Below are positions 29,861-42,911 of a DNA stretch of 64,000 nt, piece after piece. Made by a program: the position numbers and the translations under genes. How positions within the stretch are numbered: the first letter of the stretch is position 1; each line of letters begins with the position of its first letter. This DNA is from Macrostomum lignano. Its lineage: Eukaryota. The stretch is taken from contig NIVC01000020.1 in NCBI GenBank assembly GCA_002269645.1, forward strand, positions 682,001 to 746,000, in the 5' to 3' direction. The notes under the pieces were generated by a model. The model saw nothing but the letters and a program-made list of their open reading frames with translations. It was not told where the DNA came from and did not search any database.

Positions 29861-29923
29861 ATTGGCTGTGGGTTGACTGTCTTCGTGAGTCCCTGAGCCC
29901 GCCATGCCGCCGACCCGTTGCAG

Positions 29924-32042
29924 GCGCTGACGCTCTCACCGCAGCTCGCTGCTGGCGGCCCCATTGAGGAGGACAGCCTGGCGCTGGCCTCCAACAACAA
30001 CAGCAGCAGCACCAACAATGGCACGGTGAATGATAATGGCAATGGCACCCGGACTTCCCGCCAGGACCGGGGCGGCAGCGGCAGCAGCAGCAGCGGCGGT
30101 GGCAAGTCCTCGGCGGACGGCGCCATGACCAAGACGGTGGACCACACGATTCCCGACCGCTACGTGGGCCTGATGATCGGCAAGGGCGGGGACTCGATCT
30201 CCCGGCTGCAGGACGACTCTGGGGCGAAGATCCAGATCAGCCCGGAGAGCGTGGGCGCTCAGCGGCCCGTCACCATCACGGGGACGCACATGCAGATCGA
30301 GCTAGCCAAGCAGCTCATGGACATCGTGATCCAGAACGCTGAGAAGAACACCATCGCTTTCAACCCGTCCGACCTGCCCAGGGGCCAGGACTACCTGGAG
30401 ATGGCCGTGCCAGGGCCCAAGGTCGGCCTGCTGATTGGCAAGAACGGCGAGACCATCAAGAGCCTGCAGGAGAAGGCCGGCGTCAGGATGTTCCTCATCC
30501 AGGACTCCAGCACCGCCACGCTACAGGAGAAGCCGTTGAGAATCACCGGTGAGGCATCAGCGGCTTTTGATTTTTCCAGTTAAATCCGGCCTGCCCTGAG
30601 CAGTTTGGCACCTCGGGTGCTGTGGGGAATCCGGCCTGCCCTGAGCAGTTTGGCACCTCGGGTGCTGTGGGGAATCCGGCCTGCCCTGAGCAGTCGTTAT
30701 AATGTCCCCGATGTGGTATCGGGAGCACTTATAGTACAAGCGTGCACTGTCAAGAAGGAAACTCCAACTTTATCTTTTCAAAAACATTGCGGCCCTCACC
30801 TGTCACCCAACAGGCCCATCTGACCGGCTGCAGTACGCCAAGGAGCTGGTGCTGGAGCTGCTCAACTCAAAGGACGCCAAGGAGTTCCCGCCCGGCCATC
30901 GGAGCGGCAACTATGGCGATTCGTTTCGCGAGATCTCGGTGCCCCGTCGCTGTGTCGGCGTAGTGATCGGCAAGGGCGGCGACATGCTGCGCAAGATCAG
31001 CCAGGAGACGGGCGCCCGGGTGCAGTTCCGCCAGGAGGGCCCGCAGGACCACGACCTGCCCGAGCGGCTGCTGCAGGTGGGCGGCAGCGAGCAGGCGGTG
31101 GAGCAGGCCCTCGGCCGGGTGCAGCACCTCATCAACGCCGTGATGACCGGCGAGATCCCCGTGACCGACAGGCCGCGCGGCATGGAGAAGAAGACAGCGA
31201 CGTACGCTGTGCCGGCGGAGAAGGCCGGCCTGGTCATCGGCAAGGGCGGCGACACCGTCAAGGAGATCAACCGAGTGTCCGGCGCCTACGTGTCCATCCA
31301 GCGCGACCAGCACGGCGCCATCGAGACCGGCCTGAAGGTCTTCGACATCCAGGGCTCAGCCAGCCAAATCAGCGAAGCTGTGCGCCTCATCTGCGAGAAG
31401 GCCGGCCTGCCGCACGATCAGCACTTCTCCATCACGGCTGGCGGCGGCTCCTCGTCTTCTTCGTCCGCGGCTGCCGCAGCCGCTGCCGCAGCCGCCGCTG
31501 ATCCGACGATGCCGGCGCCGCAGTTCAACAGCCAGACAGGGCAGCTGGACTACAGCCTGGCCTGGGCCGAGTACTACCGTCGCCAGGGCATGAACGAATA
31601 CGCCGATGCCATCCTGCGCCAGTCTCAGCAGCAGCAGCAGCCAGCCGGTGGGGCCGTTGCTAATGACAACCAGTGGCAACAGTGGCAGCAGTGGCAGTCG
31701 TGGCAGAACGGCCAGTCTCAGCAGCCACAGCAACAGCAACAGTCGCAGCAGCAGAATGCGGCTTGGGCCTGGGGCTCTTCAAGTCAAAGCGGCAGCGGTG
31801 GCGGAGGCGCTGGCGGTAGCAGCGGCGGCGGTGGCGGCGGCTGGGAGCAGTCTGCTGGCGGCGGCCAGGGCTGGGGCGGCTCCTCAAACGGCTGGGGCGG
31901 CGGCAGCGTCGGCCAGTGGAACAGCGGCGGCGGTGGCGGAGGTGAAGGCGGCGGCGGCGGCGGCCAAACGAGCAGCGGCTGGGGCGGCTCCCAGGACGGG
32001 CAGCAGGCAAACTGGTGGGACGCCACGCCCAGTGGGCGGTGA
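29924..32042 (+). CDS. Far upstream element-binding protein (FUBP/KHSRP/PSI family), 4 KH domains; exons ~29924-30548 and 30814-32042; start codon uncertain
   Basis: Four KH loops (IGKGG, IGKNG, IGKGG, IGKGG). FUBP-type Y-motif LDYSLAWAEYYRRQG. Phase-1 intron 30549-30813 (G|GTGAGG...CAACAG|GC) restores KH2 and contains a 45-bp tandem repeat. First in-frame ATG is at 30124; an out-of-frame ATG lies at 29904. Confidence 0.88.
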
Positions 32043-32224
32043 GGGATTTTGCTTGCGCTGGAAGCCGGCACTGCTTGCTGGCGAAGGAAATAATATGGGC
32101 TCCGCTAGGAAGCAGTGCGGTTTCAAGTGTGTGTGATTTGTACAATATCAAATAGCTTGAAGAGGAAACTCGAAGTTTCATAAGTTTCCTACTTTACATG
32201 TAAGACTCGGCCTCAATTTACATA

Positions 32225-33190
32225 AGACTCCAGCTCCATCAGCCTCAATTTAGATCAGACTCCAACTTCATCAGCCTCAATTTAGATCAGACTCCAACTT
32301 CATCAGCCTCAATTTAGATCAGACTCCAGCTCCATCAGCCTCAATTTAGATCAGACTCCAACTTCATCAGCCTCAATTTAGATCAGACTCCAACTTCATC
32401 AGCCTCAATTTAGATCAGACTCCAGCTCCATCAGCCTCAATTTAGATCAGACTCCAACTTCATCAGCCTCAATTTAGATCAGACTCCAACTTCATCAGCC
32501 TCAATTTAGATCAGACTCCAACTTCATCAGCCTCAATTTAGATCAGACTCCAACTTCATCAGCCTCAATTTAGATCAGACTCCAACTTCATCAGCCTCAA
32601 TTTAGATCAGACTCCAACTTCATCAGCCAATTTAGATCAGATTCCAGCTTCATCAGCCTCAATTTAGATCAGACTCCAGCTTCATCAGCCTCAATTTGCA
32701 TCAGACTCCAGCTTCATCAGCCTCAATTTGCATCAGACTCCAGCTTCATCAGCCTCAATTTGCATCAGACTCCAGCTTCATCAGCCTCAATTTACATCAG
32801 ACTCCAGCATCATCAGCCTCAATTTAGATCAGACTCCAGCTTCATCAGCCCAGTATTCAAAAGACTCCAGCTTCATCAGCCCAGTATTCAAAAGACTCCA
32901 GCTTCATCAGCCTCAGTATTCAAGACCCCAGCTTCATCAGCCTCAGTATTCAAGAGACTCCAGCTTCATCAGCCTCAGTATTTAAGAGACTCCAGCTTCA
33001 TCAGCCTCAGTATTTAAGAGACTCCAGCTTCATCAGCCTCAGTATTACAGACTCCAGCTTCATCAACCTCAGTATTCTAGACTTTAGCTTCATCGGCCTT
33101 AAGTATTCAAGACTCCAGCTTCATCAGTCTCAATATTAAAGACTCCAGCTTCATCAGCCTCAGTATTAAAGACTCCAGCTTCATCAACCT
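32225..33190. repeat. 32-bp minisatellite (gactccaRcttcatcagcctcaatttagatca), degenerating 3'-wards
   Basis: Period 32 measured (32258 to 32290). Confidence 0.95.
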
Positions 33191-35366
33191 TAATGTCAAA
33201 ATACGCAATTTCACAAATAATTTAGTTGCAACATTCGTATATCTTTAACTAAAAATGCCAGCACCTTCTACTACTATGAGTAGCTCAATGCGATCCAGGT
33301 TCAACTCGCCCCCTCAAATTTCAGGTAATGAGCAGGCCCGGCCCGCCGCAGCTTCGCAAGCCGGTTAGCCGTTTTTTTTCTCTTCGCGGTTTTTGTATCG
33401 ATTTTTTCGCCTGACTGATTTTGCCGTTTCCTAGAAAGCGTTTCACCCGTCTTGTTTTACGCGTCTGCCCCTTCCCCTCTTGCACTACTAGGCTTTAGCT
33501 GTCCTTCCCCCTCACTAATACTCCAGCGTCTTATTCATGTGTTATCTATTGATTATTGTCTTCTGTTTCTCTCTGCTTTGGTTTGGCCACAGATACCAAA
33601 ACACTCGATTGGCCTCTCCTTAAAAGCAAAATCTGGCTTTCCACTGTCTATGGCCAAGACCGAGCCGACAGCAGGTAGCGAAAGGCCTGCCTGCCTGCTG
33701 AGCATCAGTTGAAGGTTTTATATCTGTATGCAACTGGCATTGGCGACAGAGTCTACATAATTATCATTAATTGTGCGCGCCCAGTTTTTGCAAATTTGCA
33801 GCTCGTTTTACCTAATAATTGAGTTCTGTGTTAGTTTCCTTTGCGTCTGTTTTGTACTGCCCTTGCCTATTGCTATAATAACTGCAGTCATTGCTGCTCC
33901 GGGTTCAATGTTCTCTTTTAAATGCTGCGCGTTGATTCCACCGTCGGGAGGTTTTGCTCACACTGTGGCCGCGAGCTCAGCTGTCTGCCTGTTAATCTGT
34001 CTGATTTATTGCTTAGTTTGTGTTTTTGTGTTTCTTTTCCTGCGATCCTGTCTGTTGTTTTTCCTTTTTATCAAAACTGGTTTATCCGTAGCCGCGAGTG
34101 CAGAGCCTGTCTGGTGTGCATGCTCGGATGCTTACTATTTATGATTATTATTATTGTTATTAATGTTAATTGTCTGCGAGTGAATCAACAGTCGTGTCCT
34201 GCAGCTATCAGTAATCCTGCATTGCCATATTTGCGTCAAGTATGGAGTAAATTTAATTGTCTTAATATTAATTAATAATATAGTGTTTAATTTTTTATTA
34301 AACTTTCCTTAATTGTTGCGCTTTGAGTCCTCGGATAGCTCTGCTTCTGTTTTGCTTTGTAAAATTATCTACTTATTAAATTATTCTAATAGTTTACCTG
34401 TGCGCTACTAAGAGTAGGTCTATTGCGTTATTGGATAGCGATTTTGTCATTCTTTTTGCTTATCGAACTCTGCTCTAGCGGGACTTACCTACAATTACTA
34501 CTGTCCGAGGTGAGGTGCTTATTTAATCAATATTCAATAGTGCAAAGCTTCTCCGATCCTGTATAATTGCTTTATATTTTCAGACTGCCATCTCACTGTT
34601 CCTTCTCTGCACTTTTGTTATGCTAGCTGCATTTGCGTCTAAGCTTATAATTACTATTAATTAATAATATAATAACTGTTACTATTGTTATACACCACTA
34701 ATGTGCTTGTGTTGTGCCCGCTCGCCTTGACGGCGCAGCGGTTTGTACTGGTCATCTCTGTGATGAAGGAGCCGCTCTCTGTTTCTTAGTTGAGTATTTC
34801 TTGTGCCGCTCGAACAGAATGCTGGACCAGCTGCATCATAGCGATAATGCATAAGAAATAACAAAGACCGAATTTGAACGCGCAGAACAAAGACGAGTTC
34901 TTAGTTTGGGTGAATCAGACCCAGGCCTTCAAATAATGAGAAAAAGAGTTTATTCGCTTTGCTAAAATGTGCGAAATTGCGTCTGGGGCTTTGGATTGCA
35001 CGCGCAGCTCGGGAAGCACATGCAGGCGAGTGAATGTGCATAGCAGATCTCATGGGATCGGGCTCAAAATCATGGCTACTAAATAGTAAAATGTAACAGG
35101 CGAGATGAGGGCCAGCAAGATGACTGATGATGAATAGCTAATGCTGAATAGGAATTTACAGAATTGAAAATAAAACTTGTAGGAAATTTATCTAACAGGT
35201 AAAGCTCGCAACTGACAACTACTCATAGTAAGTGCTTAGTACATGATGTAATGTAACTGCCAGCAAGTTTTAATAAGTGACAGAATTCTGCTTCTCTTGC
35301 ACAAGATTAATAAAGTTTTTTGAAACCTGCCGATTGAGTAAACCAGCAGATACCGATCCATCTGCT

Positions 35367-35650
35367 ACATCCTACCAACCCACACTGATCTATCTGCTAC
35401 ATCCTACCTACCCACACTGATCTATCTGCTACATCCTACCTACCCACACTGATCTATCTGCTACATCCTACCTACCCACACTGATCTATCTGCTACATCC
35501 TACCTACCCACACCGATCTATCTGCTACATCCAACCTACCCACACTGATCTATCTGCTACATCCTACCTACCCACACCGATCTATCTGCTAGATCCTACC
35601 TACCCACACTGATCTATCTGCTACATCCTACCCACCCACACCGATCTACA
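35367..35650. repeat. 32-bp minisatellite downstream of AGPAT
   Basis: atcctacctacccacactgatctatctgctac, period 32. Confidence 0.93.
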
Positions 35651-35737
35651 TCTACCTGCCCGAGTATGTACCGCACAGCTAGAGCAACAGCAAGACAGCC
35701 GTCTCTACTACAAATTCGGCGTGCAGCCGGGTGGACT

Positions 35738-38700
35738 TCAGTCCGCCTTGCAGTCGCTGGCAGCGGACAGCCGGCTGTACTCAGCGCTCATGGCGTCCCG
35801 AACTCGCTTCGTCAGGTCGGCGACGTCCGCCTCGGTCAGGCCGGCGGTGGGCAGCGGCTCCAGCACCGTGGCCTCCACTTCGCCCTGCTGGAACCGGCCC
35901 GACCACTTCGAGTAGAAGGAAGAGTAGTTTGAGAACACGATGGGCACCACCGGCACCTGGCGATGGGGCGGGAATGACGGCGGGATTATCCCACAGTGAT
36001 AGCGGGATTATCCCACAGTGATGGCGGGATTATCCCACAGGATAATCCCACAGTGACATCATGAAAATCCCGGAGTGAGGGCAGGAAAATCCCAGAGTGA
36101 CGGCATGAAAATCCCAGAGTGACGGCAGAATAATCCCAGAGTGATGGCATGAAAATCCCAGAGTGACATCATGTTAATCCCAGAGTGACATCATGAAAAT
36201 CCCAGAGTGACATCATGAAAATCCCAGAGTGACATCATGTTAATCCCAGAGTGACGGCATGATAATCCCAGAGTGACGGCATGATAATCCCAGAGTGACA
36301 TCATGAAAATCCCAGAGTGACATTATGTTAATCCCAGAGTGACGGCATGATAATCCCAGAGTGACGGCAGGATAATCCCAGAGTGACGGCAGGATAATCC
36401 CAGAGTGACGGCATGATAATCCCAGAGTGACGGCAGGATAATCCCAGAGTGACGGCATGATAATCCCAGAGTGACGGCAGGATAATCCCAGAGTGACGGC
36501 AGGATAATCCCAGAGTGACGGCAGGATAATCCCAGAGTGACGGCAGGATAATCCCAGAGTGAGGGCAGGATAATCCCAGAGTGACGGCAGGATAATCCTA
36601 AGCAACGTGAACCAAAATCTGCACTCTATTAAGACACGCTGAAGGGCGCAGTCACAGGGGCACAAAACTCAAGGTCCAAAAGGCAGCACGGCGGCATACA
36701 ATTTAGGTCAGGCGGCCTCATAGCTGCAAGGAAATCCAACTCCATGTGTAAGGGCCCGAGCTGCAGGGCTCATGCCGCACAGCCCAGCCCCAGCAGCAGC
36801 TCAGAGAACAGTTGCTCTGAAACGCCCCCGAGCTACTCGCAGATAACCGGCTGGGTGATAGCAAAGTTGAAAAAAGCAAATTTCTTATCGCTAGTGGGGC
36901 CGGCACGGCCTGCAGTTCAATGCCTGCTTTAACTGCTTTCTCAATGCACTGCCAATGTCTTATAACAGACCTCAGAAAATGAAAATAGGATTTTGAGTTC
37001 ACGATGACCCATAAGCATCCACGATGACCCAGAAGCGACCCAGAAGCATCCACAATGACCCAGAAGCATCCGCGATGCCCCAGAAGCATCTACGATTACC
37101 CAGATGAATCCACGATGACCCAGAAGCATCTACAGTAAAATAACACAGATGAATGAATCCACGATGACCCAGATGAGTTCATGATGACCCAGATGAATCC
37201 ACGATGACCCAAATGAATCCACGATGACCCAGATGAATCTACGATGACCCAGATGAATCCACGATGATCCAGATGAATTCACGATGACCCAGATGAATTC
37301 ATGATGACCCAGATGAGTTCACGATGAGCCTAGTGAATCCACGATGACCCAGATGAATTCACGATGACCCAGATGAGTTCACGATGAGCCTAGTGAATCC
37401 ACGATGACCCAGATGAGTTCACGATGACCCTAGTGAATCCACGATAACCCAGATGAGTTCACGATGACCCTCGTGAATCCACGATAACCCAGATGAGTTC
37501 ACGATGACCCTAGTGAATTCACGATGACCCAGATGAGTTCACGATGACCCTAGTGAATCCACGATAACCCAGATGAGTTCACGATGACCATCGTGAATCC
37601 ACGATGACCCAGATGAGTTCACGATGACCCTAGTGAATCCACGATGACCCAGGTGAGTTCACGATGACCATCGTGAATCCACGATGACCCAGATGAGTTC
37701 ACGATGACCCTAGTGAATCCACGATGACCCAGATGAGTTCACGATGACCCTAGTGAATCCACGATAACCCAGATGAGTTCACGATGACCCTCGTGAATCC
37801 ACGATGACCCAGATGAGTTCACGATGGCCCTAGTGAATTCACGATGACCCAGATGAGTTCATGATGACCCTAGTGAATCCACGATGACCCAGATGAGTTC
37901 ACGATGACCCTCGTGAATCCACGATGACCCAGATGAGTTCACGATGACACTAGTGAATCCACGATGACCCAGATGAGTTCACGATGACCCTAGTGAATCC
38001 ACGATGACCCAGATGAGTTCACGATGACCCTCGTGAATCCACGATGACCCAGAAGCATCTAAAATAACACGGATGAATGAATCCACGATGACCCAGATGA
38101 ATCTACGATGACCCAGATGAATCTACGATGACCCAGATGAATCCACGATGATCCAGATGAATTCATGATGACCCAGATGAGTTCACGATGACCCAGATGA
38201 GTTCACGATGACCCAGATGAATTCACGATGACCCAGATGAGTTCACGATGACCCTAGTGAATCCTCGATGACCCAGAAGCATCTAAAATAACACGGATGA
38301 ATGAATCCACGATGACCCAGAAGCATCTAAAATAACGCAGATGAATGAATCCACGATGACCTAGATGAATCCACGATGACCCAGATGAATCCACGATTAC
38401 CCAGATGAATCTACGATGACCCAGATGAATCTACGATGACCCAGATGAATCTACGATGACCCAGATGAATCTACGATGACCCAGATGAATCCACGATTAC
38501 CCAGATGAATCTACGATGACCCAGATGAATCTACGATGACCCAGATGAATCTACGATGACCCAGATGAATCCACGATGATCCAGATGAATTCACGATGAC
38601 CCAGATGAATCTACGATGACCCAGATGAATCCACGATGACCCAGATAAGTTCACAATGGCCCAAACGAATGCGCTTTTTTGCCGCACCTGCGCCTGCACA

Positions 38701-41374
38701 GCCAGATGGAAGGCGCCCTTCTTGAAGTCGCCCAGGTCGGCGCCGGAGACGCGGGTGCCCTCGGGGAAAATCCACACTCGCACGGTGTCGTCCCGCCGGG
38801 CCATGCGGGCGGCCAGGCGGCGCATCTCGGCCTGGGCGGACTGGCGGCCCCTGGAGACGAAGACGCAGCCGCAGAGCCAGGCGGCCAGGCCGAACCAGCC
38901 GGCGAACATAAGCGACTTCTTGGCAACGATGGTGCACTGGTACGGCCACAGCAGGCCCACGCCCATGAGGTCGATGCTGGACTGGTGGTTGGAGACCAGC
39001 ACGTAGCTGCCCTGCAGCTGCCGGAGCCTCGCCAGGTTGTTAACCCGGTAGCGAAGGCCATACAGCCAGCGGGTGAAGGCCAGCGTGGCCATGGGGTACC
39101 TGTGAGGCATCAATTAGGGAAGATTATTGAACTCATGGGAATCTTATGGCTTTCGGATTTTTTTAATCTATGTAAAATGGCCTGTAGTGAAACCAAGTAG
39201 TCATGACACCTGATATTAGGTATAGAATTGATTTTCTCATAGTCTTAAAGGTATTCTTATTGCTTTCTTTATTGATTTTAAGGATCTAGAGAAGGCTACT
39301 TGTAGTTTTATGACTAATAATAATGCATATATTAAGTCAAAACAATGTTTTGAAGTGATTAATCTATTTATTTATTTACAGCTTTATATAAAATAATGAT
39401 AAAGCATAACAAATTTTGGTATCAACACAGTCATTAAAATAAGCATGAGCAAGGGTTGAAAAACTCTGGCCCATGGCTCACATGTGGCCTATAAAGCCTC
39501 TCTATTTGGCCCTCATGTCCTTTGAAAATTTGTTCACAATAGCAATCCAGCCCACTAAATGTTAATATCTCTTCTCTTCTCTTTTCTTCTCTCTCCTTTC
39601 CTTTCTTTTTTCTCTCATCTCTTCTCTTTTCTCTACTCCTCTCTTCTCTTTTCTTTTGTTCTTTTGCCTCTCCTTTCTCTTATCACCCTTCTTTCTTATT
39701 TATTGTTTCTCCTCTCTTCTAGCCTGCAGTCATTCTTTAGATTAGGGGTTGGCAAACTCCAGCCTGCAGGCCAAATCTGGCCCATGACACCTTCAAGCCT
39801 GGCCTGCAACTTTCTTACTACCTAACAATATAAAAGTAGCCCATAAATCAATTTTGTGTTAAAACATTCAACTTTATAAGTAAAGTTAGCTTTCACCCTA
39901 TCATTCCTGTAGTTTTAACTATAGAGTTGTTGGTTATAGCTTGTATTTGGTCTAATAATCTAAAATGGTCATTTATAGCCACAATTTATGTATTTTTGCT
40001 AGCCCATTGCCTTAGCTCAGTCTTCTAAGCTGGCCTGGACCGAAAAAAGTCTACCAACCCTTGATTTAAAGAATATATATCAAATAGCTGTAAAATGGCA
40101 ATAAAATCTATTGAGTTCTAAATAAATATATTAAACACTGAATGATGATACATTATACTAATAAGTTAAATTTGCTTAACAATAACAAAAGAATATGCAA
40201 TTAGTGCAATTAGCATAGTTTAAGACCTTTGATGCTATTATTTGAACTAATACATTGATATAATTATATATATAAAAATATAAAACTTTACCTATACATT
40301 GTAAAATACAAAAATACTATTAATATCAGTAATTAGAATTATTATTATGTTATTACAAATTGATAATATAATAAAAGGGCCATCATAACAAGTTGGATTT
40401 CATTTAAGATTTTTTGATAAAAATTGAGTTATTTAGATAGTTATTGGTTGTTTCACTAATAAACCATTTTGCCCATAAAACTGTTTCGCCTACAGACCAT
40501 TTTGCCCATAGACTGTTTTGGCCATGGACCATTTCTAAACTTTTCAGTTTTAAACTTTATACTTTGATTCTAAATTTTGGTGAAAAATCTTATTCTTTAA
40601 GTATTTCTACCTTTATTCTTTAAAGATATTTAAAGAATAGAAGATATTTCTATTCTTTACCTTGCATATAACCAAAACCCTTTCTCACCCTCTGATTGTT
40701 CAAACTGGCTTTGATTGTCACACTTTCAAAAGGAATAACTTGTTTTTAAAAAACTCATAATCATTGCAATTGTATCAAACAAAATTGCAATAACACAATT
40801 GTTGTAGTAACAATTCTGTTACAATTCAGATAATATTTTATTATACATTAAAACTAAAAATTAGCATTAAAAAAGAAAATACAGATACATGTATGGCTGT
40901 ATCTCTAAATTATATAATAACCATTTTGGTTGAAATGCCTATAGCCAAACTGGTTTTAAAGGGTGAAATAGATTATGGGTGAAATGGTCTGGGGACAAAA
41001 TGTCCATTGCCAAAATGGTTTGAGGCGAAACAACTGGAATTCATTTAAATTAGTAGAAGATTATAATTATGCTCTTCATCAAATAGGCAACATTGATAAT
41101 CATAAAACAGAAAAAAATAATTCTAACTTGCTTGATTTCTATGATTTGCTTATTAACATTTATGAGCAATGTGTACATACTTATAGTTGCTTAATTGGCG
41201 AGGTGTAGCCAGCGCAAGAATGGTTGTGATAAAGCCATAAATAAGGAGCAGCATGTAGTAAACGGACATCTTTGTTCTGTATTGCCATGCATTTGGCAAC
41301 ATAGGGATGATAACAAAGGAAAAAGTAATAAAAATGAAAAGACAAGCTCCTAAATACTGCAGAATTATATACAT
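35738..41374 (-). CDS. AGPAT: 1-acyl-sn-glycerol-3-phosphate acyltransferase (AGPAT1/2, PlsC family); exons 41374-41181, 39099-38688, 35956-35738 (274 aa)
   Basis: Catalytic NHQSSID and FPEGTR motifs, KKGAFHLAVQAQ|VPVVPIVFS, hydrophobic N-terminal exon. Splice phases 2 and 0 match; total 825 nt. Confidence 0.9.
35976..36599. repeat. 22-bp minisatellite in AGPAT intron 2 (cccagagtgacggcaggataat)
   Basis: Period 22; starts ~20 nt from the exon-3 acceptor. Confidence 0.95.
37001..38650. repeat. 20-bp minisatellite in AGPAT intron 2 (acgatgacccagatgaatcc variants), ~1.65 kb
   Basis: Period 20 with alternating 40-bp higher-order blocks; ends ~35 nt from the exon-2 donor. Confidence 0.97.
40447..41035. 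mobile_element. Degenerate DNA transposon with subterminal ccattttg(c/g) repeat arrays
   Basis: Left gttgtttcactaataaaccattttgccc versus reverse complement of the right end gttgtttcgcctcaaaccattttggc; no clear TSD. Confidence 0.4.
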
Positions 41375-41787
41375 TACTGCACTCGGCAAGTTAAATGAGT
41401 CAAGAGACAGATATTGCTCAAGCTTAAATGTAATACTAGAAAGAAAAAACAACTCTCATCCAAAAAAGGTTTTAAAAACATTAAGAATGACTGAACTACT
41501 GATGACTTCATAGAAAATCAAGAATTTAAATAATGTAACTAATATGCTTATCAGTATAACAAACAATCCACACTATAACTTAAGAAAGTGAAGACTGTTA
41601 AATTAAGTAAACATAAATTATTATGGTTAGTAAAGTTTTAAATAATTAATTGTATTTATTTATTACAATTTTATTAATTTTTTTCTGTACTTTGGCTTAA
41701 ATTAGTTACAATCTAAATGGCGGTTAAATGACGGTACGTGCATCATTCGGCTACCTGAATTTCTTATGTGGAAAGAATGGTTGCAAT

Positions 41788-41992
41788 CAGTGGCGCAACC
41801 AGGGGGGGGGGGCAGTCGCCACTGATTGATGAGTCGCCCCCCCCCCTAGGCGCGGAGACCCAAAAAATCAAAGGGGGACCAAGCGAATTTTCGCCAAAAA
41901 CAGAGCCACCCCTCCGCCCCCTCGCGGGACTTTACCCTCCAGAATCCGCCCCCCCCTTCAAAAAATTTCTGGTTGCGCAGCTTGCGCTACTG
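41788..41992. mobile_element. hAT MITE
   Basis: Ends cagtggcgcaaccag / ctggttgcgcagcttgcgctactg; exact 8-bp TSD gttgcaat. Confidence 0.85.
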
Positions 41993-42201
41993 GTTGCAAT
42001 TTTCCTAAGAGTATATTAAAAATTAAAAAAATAGCAAAGTTGCTACTACCTACTATTCGATTCGATTCAGTAAAAGGCAGCCAGAAATTTTCAGATGCAA
42101 TTGCAAAACTAGCGCATTATATGTAGATGTTGCGTTCTTCTTTATCTGTATGAGTTAAATGTAGCTCTAAATCTAATGTAGCTATACATGTAATTACTAT
42201 T

Positions 42202-42911
42202 GCTTTTGTCAGCCTAACTGAGAATAATCCATAGAAATAAAGACTTTCCGTGACAATATTTGCGTTCTCCGGGATTTTATTTGGTAAGATTCAATAATAT
42301 CCCATAAAATCTTTATGGCTATGGTTTATACGAGATTACACATGCCTTTTTCGGGAGTTATTTTCATAAATCCCTCGGGCCTCAGGCCCTCGTGATTTAT
42401 ACAAATAACTCCCTCAAAAGGCATGTTTAATCTGATACATAAAGCCACCCAAAATGAGAATCCTGCCTACGCTGACTGCGAAGGGCCTGGCTGCGTGCAG
42501 CCTTAGTCTATGGGCCATAGACAATAAAGGACAAGCAAAGTGATAAAAAGCCATCCATTGTGAGAATCGATTGGTCTATGCGTCGTATTCTTTTATTTTT
42601 ATACCTTCTGAGCCATATGACTAGCCAATAGCTTGAACGGAATAACGGAAACAGGAACACACTGGATGATGTCTTTTTCAAACTTTGCTTGTCCTTTATA
42701 GTCTATGGCTCATAGACTAGGCTGGACGCAGCTAGGCCCTTCGTATTCAGCGTAGGCAGGATTCTCACATTGGATGGCTTTTTATCACTTTGCTTATCCT
42801 TTATAGTCTATGGCCCATAGACTAAGGCTGCACGCAGCCAGGCCCTTCGCAGTCAGCGTAGGCAGGATTCCCACTTTGGATGGCTTTATTCTCAGTTAGG
42901 CTGACAAAACC
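42202..42911. mobile_element. Nested-palindrome non-autonomous element
   Basis: Terminal IR ttttgtcagcctaactgagaataa at both ends; an internal palindrome at ~42340-42425; a ~100-bp unit present once forward (from 42441) and twice reversed (42683-42888). No clean TSD. Confidence 0.6.

Noticed and set aside
33330-34950. Possible LTR-retrotransposon 5' region (CA followed by PBS-like TGGCGACAG at 33741; short gag-like peptide near 34860)
   Set aside because: No second LTR, TSD or pol motifs; evidence too thin.
36600-37000. Unique island between the two AGPAT intron arrays as a cryptic exon or snoRNA
   Set aside because: No convincing splice pair in phase and no paired C/D or H/ACA boxes recognised.
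39745-40063. Degenerate hAT-Charlie-like element
   Set aside because: Ends are decayed and no TSD could be confirmed.
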